NCBI GenBank assembly: GCA_963717465.1 | Contig: OY970340.1 | Coordinates: forward strand, 1,728,001-1,792,000 | Source: Candidatus Bathyarchaeota archaeon | Lineage (GTDB): Archaea; Thermoproteota; Bathyarchaeia; Bathyarchaeales; Bathycorpusculaceae | Length of the DNA: 64,000 nucleotides | Reading direction: 5' to 3' | Part shown: one piece after another, positions 33,239 to 43,107 of the stretch | Layout: each line of letters begins with the position of its first letter | Position numbering within the stretch: position 1 is the stretch's first letter | Program-made: the position numbers and the translations under genes | Notes under the pieces: model-generated | Seen by the model: only the letters and a program-made list of their open reading frames with translations | Databases searched by the model: none | Told to the model about the DNA's origin: nothing

Positions 33239-33270
33239 TTTAGTTTATTTTGCATTTAGTTTATTTTGCA
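33239..33270. repeat. Perfect 16-bp tandem duplication
   Basis: TTTAGTTTATTTTGCA x2. Confidence 0.8.
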
Positions 33271-33344
33271 CTACACATTATTGGACTAACTGATTTAAAC
33301 AGAATTCAAAGCAATACTTGTACTAGTGAGAGGAAAGAATTAGC

Positions 33345-33995
33345 ATGGAGCGAAATGAGTTAGGACAAAACGAATGGCAATCGGTTGATCATGTCTTAGC
33401 TTACTTGGCTAGAGCTGACAGGCTGCCTCACAGGATTGAAGGCGAAAAGATACTCTTGAATCAAATCCCAAAAAATATCCATAGAATTCTCGACTTAGGA
33501 ACAGGCAACGGAAGACTACTTGGGCTTGTGAAGCTCACTCAGCCAGCTGCTGAGGGGATTGCATTAGACTTTTCTGATGCGATGTTAATGCACGCTCGGA
33601 AACGATTTTCAGATGATCCAAAAATTCAAATTGTTAAGCATGACTTTGGCCAACCCCTTCTCTTGTCTGAATTCGGTCGTTTCGATGCTATCGTCTCAAG
33701 TTTAGCAATTCACCATTTGACCCATGAGAGAAAACGTCAACTCTACCGAGAGGTTTTCGATTTACTAAATTCCAAAGGAGTATTTTGCAACTTGGAGCAT
33801 GTTTCTTCACCTACTGAAAACCTGCATCGAAAGTTTTTGGAGGCAGTGGGACAAACGCCTCAAACAGAGGACCCATCAAACAAGCTACTTGATGTTGAAA
33901 CTCAGCTTTGTTGGCTTCGAGAAATAGGTTTTCAAGATGTAGATTGCTACTGGAAGTGGCTTGAGCTGGCACTCTTAGTCGGTTTCAAACCTTAA
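33345..33995 (+). CDS. Class I SAM-dependent methyltransferase
   Basis: ILDLGTGNG, LDFSDAML, FDAIVSSLAIHHL. Confidence 0.92.
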   Translation: MERNELGQNEWQSVDHVLAYLARADRLPHRIEGEKILLNQIPKNIHRILDLGTGNGRLLGLVKLTQPAAEGIALDFSDAMLMHARKRFSDDPKIQIVKHDFGQPLLLSEFGRFDAIVSSLAIHHLTHERKRQLYREVFDLLNSKGVFCNLEHVSSPTENLHRKFLEAVGQTPQTEDPSNKLLDVETQLCWLREIGFQDVDCYWKWLELALLVGFKP

Positions 33996-34156
33996 TTAAA
34001 AAATTTCAATGGCATCCTGCAAACGCGTTAGCACCTTTAAGTTTTTTAGTCAATCAATTACAAGCCAACATAAACAAAAAGTTAAAAGCAATGGCTTATT
34101 CCAAAAAACTCAAAAGAATAGAAACGTAAAATAATGCTAAAATAATCTACCGAATT

Positions 34157-35758
34157 TTATGTATTATTATGATTATTATTATGACTATTTTTTACTATAC
34201 AGTGAGCGTTGAGGTCTTCTTTAAACGACTCGTAAAAAGCTTGTTTATTCTGAAGTATGCTCCATTCTTCCAGGTTGCAGTCTGTCTCAGCATAGAAGAC
34301 AAGAGTGATTTTGCCCTTGCCTGATCTTTCAAATTCTGCTGTTTTAACCACACCAGCGTGACTTCGATCCAGTTTTTCAGCCAAACGGACAAACGCAGAA
34401 AGCGCAATTATTACATTTTTAGACTTTTCGTCCAAGTCTGTACTTTTTAAGGTTTTTCTGTGGGGAATTTTTTTTCTATGAAATCTAGCAATGTTAGCAA
34501 TTATGGTTTTTTCCTTGTGAGTAAAACCGTACAAATCCGCATTGTTAATAATGTAGTATGAATGCAAATGATGATTTGCAAAAGAAATAAAATCTCCTAC
34601 GTCATGAAGCATTGCAGCGTGCATCAGTAGTTCACGTTCATAATCGCCATAGTTATGAAGCCCAAGTTTCTTTGCGCTATCAAAAAGTTGAAGCGATAAA
34701 TTCGCAACTTTTTCTGAATGTTTCTCATCAAAGTGGCTTGACCTTCCCAAATGTAATACGCTTCTTGTGCGAACAGGTCTTCTTTGCAGTTGTTGGAAAC
34801 CCTCAAAATTTGATAAATAATCTATCAGTAGGCCGTCGCGTAAATCTCGATGGCTTATGTTTATTTCTTCAAGCCCAAATTCATCCATTAAAGTTTCCAT
34901 AATTGACTGCGCCGGCAACAATCAAGTCAGCTCTATCGGGATTAATTCCGGGGAGGCTTTTTCTTTCCTCAAGCGACAGGGAACGGAGAATGGGCACTAA
35001 TTTCTTAATGTTCTTTCTAGTTAAGCAATCAGTTGAATTATTATCTCCCTTCTTAAACAGTCTTGAAATTATTTCTGTTAAGTTAACAATGGTTCCAGAT
35101 GTTCCGTAGGCGTTGCGTACGCCGTATTCTAAGACAGAAGATTTTATGTTTTGAATATCTTCGACGATTTGTTTTTTCAGTTTTTTATAAACGTCGTCTG
35201 GAACAGGTCCTATCCAGCCTTCGCCGATGAATTGAGTGGTAAGTCTTATTGCGCCCAGTTTTAGGCTCTCTAAATAGTATATTCTACGTTGGTCTCCAAT
35301 TGCAATTTCAGTGCTTCCGCCACCTAAATCTATAAAGATAGTTTTTTTGTCGCCAATATCTACGGAGCTTGAAACCCCGAGGTAAATTAATCGGGCTTCT
35401 TCCTCACCGAGGATAATTTGAACTTTAAGTTTCACTTCTTTTTCAAGTCTTTCTAAAATTTGTTCTTTGTTTTTTGCTTCACGAATAGCGGATGTTCCCA
35501 CTGCTATTATTTTTCTTGCTCCGTAGGTGTGGGCTAATCCAACGAATTTTTTACAAACTATTATTGTTCGTTCTATCGCTTCCTGCTTTAGAATGTTATC
35601 TTTGAATTCTTGTTCCCTAGTCTGACTACTTCTTTTTCTTGTGTTAAAATATTGTAGGAGAAATTTGGGTTTATCTTAACTACCAATAAACGCACAGCGT
35701 TAGTGCCTATGTCTATGAAACCGACAACTTTGCCTGCGGGTTTTATTGACGTTCGCAT
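34157..35758 (-). CDS. ppx: Exopolyphosphatase Ppx/GppA with C-terminal HD domain (~533 aa); apparent indels at about 35616 and 34904
   Basis: ATG 35758 gives VGFIDIGTNAVRLL...EVVRLG; then GTSAIREAKN, GEEEARLIYLG, IDLGGGSTE, RADLIVAG; HD domain AAMLHDVG. Confidence 0.9.
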
Positions 35759-38068
35759 TTCAGCTCCATTTTTCGTTTCAAGATTGCTTCTAACAAATCT
35801 TTTTTCTTACTGAACGCTTGCTCCTCCAAAAAAGATTCACTGTTTGTTAAGCATGTAACAGCTATTTTTTTTGAGCTGACCTTTAAACTTAAGTCTTCAA
35901 CCACACTCGTATGCGTATAATCTAAACTGTCAGCAACACGAAGAATGCCTGACAAAACCTTTATCTTGTGAATTTCTTTAGGGCTGAGTGATTGTAAGTT
36001 AAAGTGTTTTTTCTTTGGAAAGCCCTTGCGATGATATCTGGCTATGCTCGCAACAATTCTTCTTTGTTCTGAAGGCAACAAAAGCTGGGTACTGTTAAGA
36101 ATTAACTCCATTGATTTCTTGTTATGACCTTTTGTCCCTTCTGTGAGCCCAATATCATGAAGGATAGCTGAGCATTCAAGCAAATGCTTGTCTGAATCGC
36201 TTAATTTGTGAATATTTTGTAGTTTGTCGAAAAATGAGACTGCGAGTTTAGAAACTTGCATGCTATGCTCATTATCTTGCAAATACTGATTTGCAACTGC
36301 AGAACAATTATTAGCAATTTCGTTGAAATTCCGAGTGAGATTCTTCTTTCTTGTTTTATCTTCTTCAATGAATTTTTTCTAAAGAAACCCCGTAAAGAAG
36401 CATTTGCGAAAAACTTTCGGGCAAGCCTTTTTTTCTCATTGCATCAGCTGCAGCTTCAAGATCATAATTTAGCCGAATCAATTCAACTGAAAAAGGATTC
36501 AATTCAATTATGGCGTAGCCTGTTTGAGGATTTCCATCATTAGGTCTCCCTACGCTTCCTGGATTAAGAAAAGTAACAACGTTGATATCTCGCTTGTATT
36601 GTTCATGGGAGTGTCCAGTAATGATAAGATCCACTTTTGCTTCTGAGGCTATTTTTTTCAGTCTCTCCTCTGGAGTGTTAGAGTAGAGATGTTCGTTAAT
36701 TGAATCTGGACTTCCATGGGTCATTAAAACGCTTTTGTCTCCAATTCTTAAGTTGGAAACAGCAGGCAAAGTGGAAAGATATTCTTTGCATGAATTTACA
36801 ATTTGATTACCAGCAAATTGCAATGCAACTCGTTTTTCTTCGCTTTCTCCCTTGGCATTTTCAAGGACTTCGAGGTCGAAATTGCCCATTACACTAATGA
36901 CTCTTCTTGATTGCAATAACTCAATAACTTCATTTGGGTTTGCGCCGAATCCAATCAAATCGCCTGCATTTAAGAACAGATTAATGCCTAAATTTTCTGC
37001 ATTTTCAACTACGGCTTGCAGAGCTTGCAGGTTACCGTGAACATCGGATAAAACAGCTATTTTCTTGTCAGTGATGATTTGTGATTCTCCTTGGTTTTCC
37101 TCAGACTTTGTGGGAGCAGCAATAGTTTGCTTTAGTCTAATGAAGAAATTCGTTTTCTGGCTCTTTTCCCACAAAGCAATGAAGTTCTTGTAACTATTTT
37201 TCCTCAGTTCTTTTACGTATTCTAAAAATCGTAGAAGCTGCTTGTCTTGTAATAGGCCTTTTTTTTGCTTGGAGTTTTCAGATATGGCTTGACTAGTCTT
37301 AAATTTTGGTATGTTTTCTATCCACACGTCGTAGTCGTGCATTTCGCCAAGTACGTCTTGAAATCCTTTAATTGTCTCAATCTCATTCGTAAACTCGTTT
37401 GGGTATAATGAGGAAAATGCTTCCATAGTGTAGCGAAGCCATTTCGCCTTTATTCTCATTTCATGATGCTTAAGAACTTCGTTTTCTAAATAGACATAAG
37501 GCTCAAAAGCAAGGAAATCGTTTAATTTGCTGGAAATTTTCCATTCTGCGCTCATAAATACAAAAGGCGAAAAAAAGGTGAATTCCTTAAGTTCTTTGCT
37601 TTCGTCTTCACAAAACTGTTTTATTTCCAAAAGTATTTTTGAATCATTAAGTTCTTCTAAGCCTTTTCTGATGGTTTTTTGACAATTGTTCCTCTTGGCT
37701 TGAAGGTTTTTTATTATGAAATCAATGATTTGAACTTTTGATGAAGTATTCTTTAATCGGTAAGTTTTTATGAATTCGATTTGAACGTCTAAGTCTCTTG
37801 CTTCCCCTAGTAGTCTGGTAATTTGTTTAATTTCTTTGATCCAACGCTTAAACCTCTTTTGGGAAAAGCATGCGCTGAACAGAGGCATTATTGCTCGAAT
37901 TCTACGTGAGGCAACACGCATGCGGTGAACATATTCGATATCGTCGCTTTCCATGACGCCGTCGATTTGCTTTTCAAACGTGTCTATGACTTTAAGAAGT
38001 CTGTCTACGCCTAATTTGCAGTAACAAGCATCAACTTCATTTTCTGATCTATTAAATTCGGCGTTCAT
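35743..38068 (-). CDS. CHAD - YfcE-type metallophosphoesterase - HD domain fusion (~774 aa); apparent +1 indel near 36370
   Basis: CHAD: VHRMRVASRRIR, LGEARDLDV, HEMRIKAKWLRY, LGEMHD; MPE: SDVHGN, AGDLIG, GNFD, THGSP, GHSH, NPGSVG; HD: AILHDIG, ADSLD; repaired junction LEKIIEEDKTRKN is open through to the HD ORF. Confidence 0.85.
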
Positions 38069-40148
38069 GCCATACGCCTCGATTCTGTATCAGCCAAGTC
38101 TGAGAATTAAGGCTTTCACCTTCCGGCGTTACACGTTGGTATGAACCATCTGGCAGTAATTTTCTTGCTTTAACATTATCTTTGAGGTGAATCTTTAGTA
38201 TATCTTCAACTAATGCTTCTCTAATTTGAGGATTAGGAACAGATAATAAGACTTCAATTCTTTCAAGTAGGTTTCTAATCATTAGGTCTGAGCTTCCGAT
38301 AAGAACTTCTCCTTTTCCTCCATTTTCGAAATAGTAAATTCTAGTGTGCTCTAAAAATCGTCCTACTATCGATATTACTGAGATGTTATCGCTGATGCCT
38401 TTTATTCCTGGTCTAAGGCAGCATAATCCTCGGACGTTAAGATCAATTTTTATGCCTTCCATTGATGCTCTATAGAGCGCTTGAATAACCTCCTTTTCTT
38501 CAAGATGATTAAGTTTGAATGCAATGTAACCTTTGCCCGTTTTACGATGAATTTCGATTTCCCTGTCAATCCCTTTCAAAATCTCTGGCTTAAGTGATTT
38601 CGGAGCTACAAGCAGATGCTTAAATTCTTTTTCTTGTTTTCCAGTTGCTAACAAATTGAAGAGTGTTTCTAATTCTTCACCAATTTCTGGGTTAGCCGTC
38701 AGATAACCTATGTCAGCGTATATTCTTGCTGTTGCAGCGTTGTAGTTTCCTGAACCTATGTGTGAAAATCTTGTTATTCCCTTTTCGTCTTTTCGTTTGA
38801 TTAAGCAAAGCTTTGCATGGACTTTGATTTTGGGATAATTGTATACTACGCTAACTCCATTTGCTGCAAGTTTTGAAATTAAATGGATATTGTGTTCCTC
38901 ATCAAATTTAGCTTTTAGTTCCACGGAAGCAGTGACTTTTTTGCCTTGTTTTGCTGCCTCGATCAATGTTCCTATGACTGGCGAGCCATGTTCTATTCTG
39001 TAGATTGTGATGAAGATTTCAGCTACTTTTGGGTCAAATGCTGCTTCTTTTAAGTAATCAAGGAATATGTCAAAGCTATCGTACGGGTGATAGAGTAAGA
39101 AATCATGCTGGACTACACTTGCCATCATACTGTTGTTTACCAAAGTTGATTTAGGCAATACGAACGGCGTGAATGGTTGGTCCTTCAGGTCCGGTCTATC
39201 TATTTTTAGGAGCTGAAAGAAATCTGCCAATCCCAAGGGTTCATCCGATTCGTAGACAAGGTATTCTGGCAGATTGAGGGATGCACAAATAGTGGATCGA
39301 ATTGATTGGGGCGTCTTATTGTCAAATTCTAATCGAGTTGGAAAGCCAGTTTTTCGGTCAATCAGACCTTTCTGAATAGCCTCTAAGAAATTGGAGGATA
39401 CATTCATTGCTATTTCAATTTCAGCGTTTCGGGTTAACCTGAAAGGATATGCGACAAGATCTTTTTCATTTGGAAAAATTAAGTCAAGATTGCTAGCGAT
39501 TAGATCCTCTAATAGCACAAAACTTAATTGCCCTTCGTTTTCATTTGGCATTTTTATTAATCTGCCATATTTTTCAACCGGAATTCTTAGCACGCAGTAC
39601 GAATTAGTTTGAGCTTTCTGGATGATGAGGTAAATGTGGAGATTCTCAATTTCATTCGGTTTGAAGCCTTCTTCAAAGCGCATAGGTGCAAAAATGTCTT
39701 GAAGATATTTCCGTAAATCTTTTATCTGCTCAATATCTAGTTCTTCGACTTTCTTAATGTAAATTCTTTCTCTGGCTAAGGTTGGTATAAGTTCTCGGAC
39801 CCAGCAGTTATTGTGTTTTTTAATTAAGGGAATTATTTCTTGCCTTGTGGCTTGAATTTGTTCCATTGCAGTTTTTCCATCTAAAGATTTTTCTTGGGAG
39901 TCTTTCTTTATTTTTTTAAGCAATCTAGGGATTCTTGTCATGAAAAACTCATCTAAATTGCTTCCGCTTATTGCTATGAATTTGACTCTTTCCAAAAGAG
40001 GATGCTGAGTGTCACGCGCTTCTTCCAATACATGCGAATTGAATCTTAACCAGCTAAGTTCTCGATTTAGAAAAAAGCTTGGGTTTTCAAGCAAATCCCT
40101 CTTAACTGAATCCAAATCGTACCTAGTGGTGCTTTCAGTAACTGTCAC
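38052..40148 (-). CDS. ppk1: Polyphosphate kinase 1
   Basis: FLNRELSWLRFN, SNLDEFFM, YHPYDSF, ELKAKFDEE, KVHAK, GSGNYN, GRFLEH. Confidence 0.97.
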   Translation of the reverse strand: MTVTESTTRYDLDSVKRDLLENPSFFLNRELSWLRFNSHVLEEARDTQHPLLERVKFIAISGSNLDEFFMTRIPRLLKKIKKDSQEKSLDGKTAMEQIQATRQEIIPLIKKHNNCWVRELIPTLARERIYIKKVEELDIEQIKDLRKYLQDIFAPMRFEEGFKPNEIENLHIYLIIQKAQTNSYCVLRIPVEKYGRLIKMPNENEGQLSFVLLEDLIASNLDLIFPNEKDLVAYPFRLTRNAEIEIAMNVSSNFLEAIQKGLIDRKTGFPTRLEFDNKTPQSIRSTICASLNLPEYLVYESDEPLGLADFFQLLKIDRPDLKDQPFTPFVLPKSTLVNNSMMASVVQHDFLLYHPYDSFDIFLDYLKEAAFDPKVAEIFITIYRIEHGSPVIGTLIEAAKQGKKVTASVELKAKFDEEHNIHLISKLAANGVSVVYNYPKIKVHAKLCLIKRKDEKGITRFSHIGSGNYNAATARIYADIGYLTANPEIGEELETLFNLLATGKQEKEFKHLLVAPKSLKPEILKGIDREIEIHRKTGKGYIAFKLNHLEEKEVIQALYRASMEGIKIDLNVRGLCCLRPGIKGISDNISVISIVGRFLEHTRIYYFENGGKGEVLIGSSDLMIRNLLERIEVLLSVPNPQIREALVEDILKIHLKDNVKARKLLPDGSYQRVTPEGESLNSQTWLIQNRGVWHERRI

Positions 40149-40394
40149 TCTTTCTCACAATCACACTAATTTGTTTTATCTGCAATGTTTCTTGGGTGCA
40201 TCTATACTAGTAACCTTTGATTTACCTTTAAAAGGCACATCATATTCAAAGAGAGGTATCTTCTTATCCATAAATTTTTCCCTTTAGACATATTCACACA
40301 GGGAGTAGTCATTAAGCACTTTGAAAATAGACAATATAGTTCAACATAGTCTATATATAGCAAGGGTTAAATCCTTAAAAAATAATACAAACTT

Positions 40395-40847
40395 ATGAAT
40401 TCTAAGACATTAAAAGAAAACGGATTCTCCGAATTCTTCCCTTTGAAAGAACTCTCCATATTAAACATGCCAAATAATTCAGGCCAAATATTTATCTTAA
40501 TCGACAATACACTTTCTGGAAAACCAACTTCAGACGTGTTGTATATTGGTCGAGCAAAAAAACCAGTTAAAAAAATCTTTGGCGGATATCTTGGCGGCTC
40601 AGGCGGAAAAACAGTGACGAAAATTCATGAAGCGCTTTTTGACGAGAATTACATTGAAAAGGTTGCAATTAGCTGGATGAGCAGCGATGACCCTAAGGCC
40701 GCCCAAACAAATCTTTTGGGCAAATTCAAAAAAGAACACGGCGATTATCCAGCTTGGAACTTATTGAACGCTCCTAAAAAGGCGGCTCCGAAGACAAGCA
40801 TAAAGCCAAAACAGGTCGCATCCAAGGCTAAAAAATCAAAGCCTTAA
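40395..40847 (+). CDS. Hypothetical protein, degenerate GIY-YIG-like fold with Lys-rich tail
   Basis: GQIFIL...VLYIGRA...KEHGDYPAWN; tail KKAAPKTSIKPKQVASKAKKSKP. Confidence 0.6.
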   Translation: MNSKTLKENGFSEFFPLKELSILNMPNNSGQIFILIDNTLSGKPTSDVLYIGRAKKPVKKIFGGYLGGSGGKTVTKIHEALFDENYIEKVAISWMSSDDPKAAQTNLLGKFKKEHGDYPAWNLLNAPKKAAPKTSIKPKQVASKAKKSKP

Positions 40848-41377
40848 CTTTTTTTGCTAGAAAAATAGTGTTCAATTACTTGCGCAGTAGACCATGGTAT
40901 ACAGTCTTTTGCGTTGTAGCCTAATGCTTTGGCATAACTGTGAATTGATTCAACCGACTTAGCTTCGATTTCCATAAGGTCAGGAATGAAACTGTACTTA
41001 CCCAAATAATGGTCTATGTCAAAGTGTGCGTCTGCTTTTTCATAGCTGATTCTGTGTTTTTGCATGCTATCTATGACTTTTAGTCCTAAGAATTCAAGGA
41101 TGCGCGTAGTAGCCTGAAAATCAGAAACTTCTGTTGAATATTCTTCAGCAATTTTCGCGACAGCTGTTGCTTTCACATTCTTAAAAGTCAACACGACCTT
41201 TTTGCCTTCTTTTCTAAGGCGCATCACGTTCTTTGCCTTTATAATTGACCCATCTTTAAAATCATAGAATAATGTTTCAATAGTATCATCAAAAACTTTT
41301 TTTGCGCTTATCTTTTTGAGTTTTTCTTCAAGAACTTTCTTGTTTACTTCTAAGATTTTTGCTTCAATTTCTTGCAT
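40844..41377 (-). CDS. CYTH/triphosphate tunnel metalloenzyme (CyaB-like)
   Basis: N-terminal EIEAK, MRLRK, LTFK, KHRISY, MEIEA. Confidence 0.9.
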   Translation of the reverse strand: MQEIEAKILEVNKKVLEEKLKKISAKKVFDDTIETLFYDFKDGSIIKAKNVMRLRKEGKKVVLTFKNVKATAVAKIAEEYSTEVSDFQATTRILEFLGLKVIDSMQKHRISYEKADAHFDIDHYLGKYSFIPDLMEIEAKSVESIHSYAKALGYNAKDCIPWSTAQVIEHYFSSKKS

Positions 41378-41498
41378 GCAATTTATAAGGTTCCGTCAAT
41401 GCTATAAATTCAACGGTTTATAAAATACTGTTCGAGTTTAAGGGATCGCAGTACAACTAATGTACAAAATTGCAAATTAAAAATAGGCGGATGCTTCG

Positions 41499-42062
41499 TT
41501 AGTCCTGTAGAAGCGGAATCTTGTCTGCTGTTTCCTGAATTTTTTTTTCGATTTTGGTGCTTAGCCCAAGATTCTTGTTTAATCTTTGAGTTGCAGTATG
41601 ATTCGTAAACGGACCAGCAGATAGTGTTGAATTGCTTACTATCGTAATTTCACCGTTATCTGTTCTAATCCAAGCTGTCCTATAGGTTAATCTTATAACT
41701 TCGCCTTTTATGCCACCATACGTTATTATGTCGCCTAATCTGAGAACATTTTCTTGTATAAGTAAAAAACCGCTTAGAATATTCGAAAGTGTTGATTGCA
41801 AAGCTAGTGTTATGGCTAAACCGATAATCCCTGAAAGCGTTAGAGTTGAAAAAGCCGAGGTTATAGCCGTTATTTCAGAAACCCAAACGGCGATCCAGAT
41901 AACCCAAACTACACCAACTAAGCCAAATATTGTTTTGATAATCGTTCTAGGAATTTGCTGTTTTATGCTCTTGGAAATTTTTCTATAGATATAAACTGCT
42001 ACTGCTAGTAGAATAATGTTGACGATCGCAGTTGTAATTACGTCTAATTGTATACTAGCCAT
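41499..42062 (-). CDS. mscS: Small MscS-family mechanosensitive channel
   Basis: GLAITLALQSTLSNILSG, LRLGDII...GEV; lacks the large C-terminal domain. Confidence 0.85.
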   Translation of the reverse strand: MASIQLDVITTAIVNIILLAVAVYIYRKISKSIKQQIPRTIIKTIFGLVGVVWVIWIAVWVSEITAITSAFSTLTLSGIIGLAITLALQSTLSNILSGFLLIQENVLRLGDIITYGGIKGEVIRLTYRTAWIRTDNGEITIVSNSTLSAGPFTNHTATQRLNKNLGLSTKIEKKIQETADKIPLLQD

Positions 42063-42108
42063 GGATAAGGTTAAACTGTCATGTTATTTAAATTTAAAGG
42101 CAAGAAAA

Positions 42109-42831
42109 TTATTTTTCTATTTTTGATTTGCAGTGAAAAACCTTTCCTGTGTGAATATTTTTGGCATTAGCTACTGTTTTTTCTCCTGTTATTATGGACC
42201 CCATCATGGTTTTCTTCACTTTAGAAGATTTCAAATTCGTATTCGATAATATTTCTTCGATTTCTGGGACAGTGTACGATGCATTAATGGATGAAACTAG
42301 ACCTGGTTTTATTTCCTTTGGCTTAGTTATCAGTTTTAAGAATGATTTTATTAAGGGATTCATGTCTCGACGCATATCACTGATCATGTATTTCCCGCCA
42401 GGCTTTAGGCAACGGTGCTCTTCATTGAAAACCGAAGCAGGTTGTGACCATTCATGAAGCGATCCGTTTGTGAAAGCAGCATCAAACGTATCATCGTCAA
42501 ATGGTATTCTCTGAGCATCTCCTTTCACATACTTCACGCGATTTTGAAGACCATATTCTTTAGCGTTCTTCTCAGCCAACTTTATCATGTTAGGGCTAAT
42601 TTCTACGCCTCGAAGACTAGTTTCATTGGTTTTCTTGAGCCATTCTAAACCTAAGTATCCTGGTCCTGGTCCTACCTCTAAAGCCAATCCCTGATCTATT
42701 CCCACCTTCATAATTAGGTCAGTTTCAATCCATCCTCTGTCCCTGAGGTTCCTCATCATCTTATCATAAACTTCAACTGTAAACTCTCCCTGAATTCCTT
42801 CACTTGTTTCAACAACCCGAGGTCTAACCAA
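42109..42831 (-). CDS. Class I SAM-dependent methyltransferase
   Basis: LEVGPGPG, GDAQRIPFDDDTFD, SLHEW, LKPGG. Confidence 0.92.
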   Translation of the reverse strand: MVRPRVVETSEGIQGEFTVEVYDKMMRNLRDRGWIETDLIMKVGIDQGLALEVGPGPGYLGLEWLKKTNETSLRGVEISPNMIKLAEKNAKEYGLQNRVKYVKGDAQRIPFDDDTFDAAFTNGSLHEWSQPASVFNEEHRCLKPGGKYMISDMRRDMNPLIKSFLKLITKPKEIKPGLVSSINASYTVPEIEEILSNTNLKSSKVKKTMMGSIITGEKTVANAKNIHTGKVFHCKSKIEK

Positions 42832-43107
42832 ACAAATTTCCTCCGAAGCATCATTTGAATATCAATACGGTTGATCACTTTAGATATGTTTTATGATCCT
42901 TGTGATCAAACCAGCCAAACTAACTTTTCCATTTGCGGCTATATCAGATTCTAAGGTCAAAGAATTGTTCAATAAAGGAGTTATTATAGATAATTTCTTA
43001 TCCCTGACAATAAGATGTATTACAAGTTTGTTTAGTAATAGCGCTTGTATTTTGATTGGTTTTTAATTGAGGTGTACCAGGTTCTTAATTGGTTTGTTCA
43101 TTAAACT

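Noticed and set aside
33239..33270. 16-bp tandem duplication as target-site duplication of an excised element
   Set aside because: No element, terminal repeats or transposase nearby; slippage is sufficient
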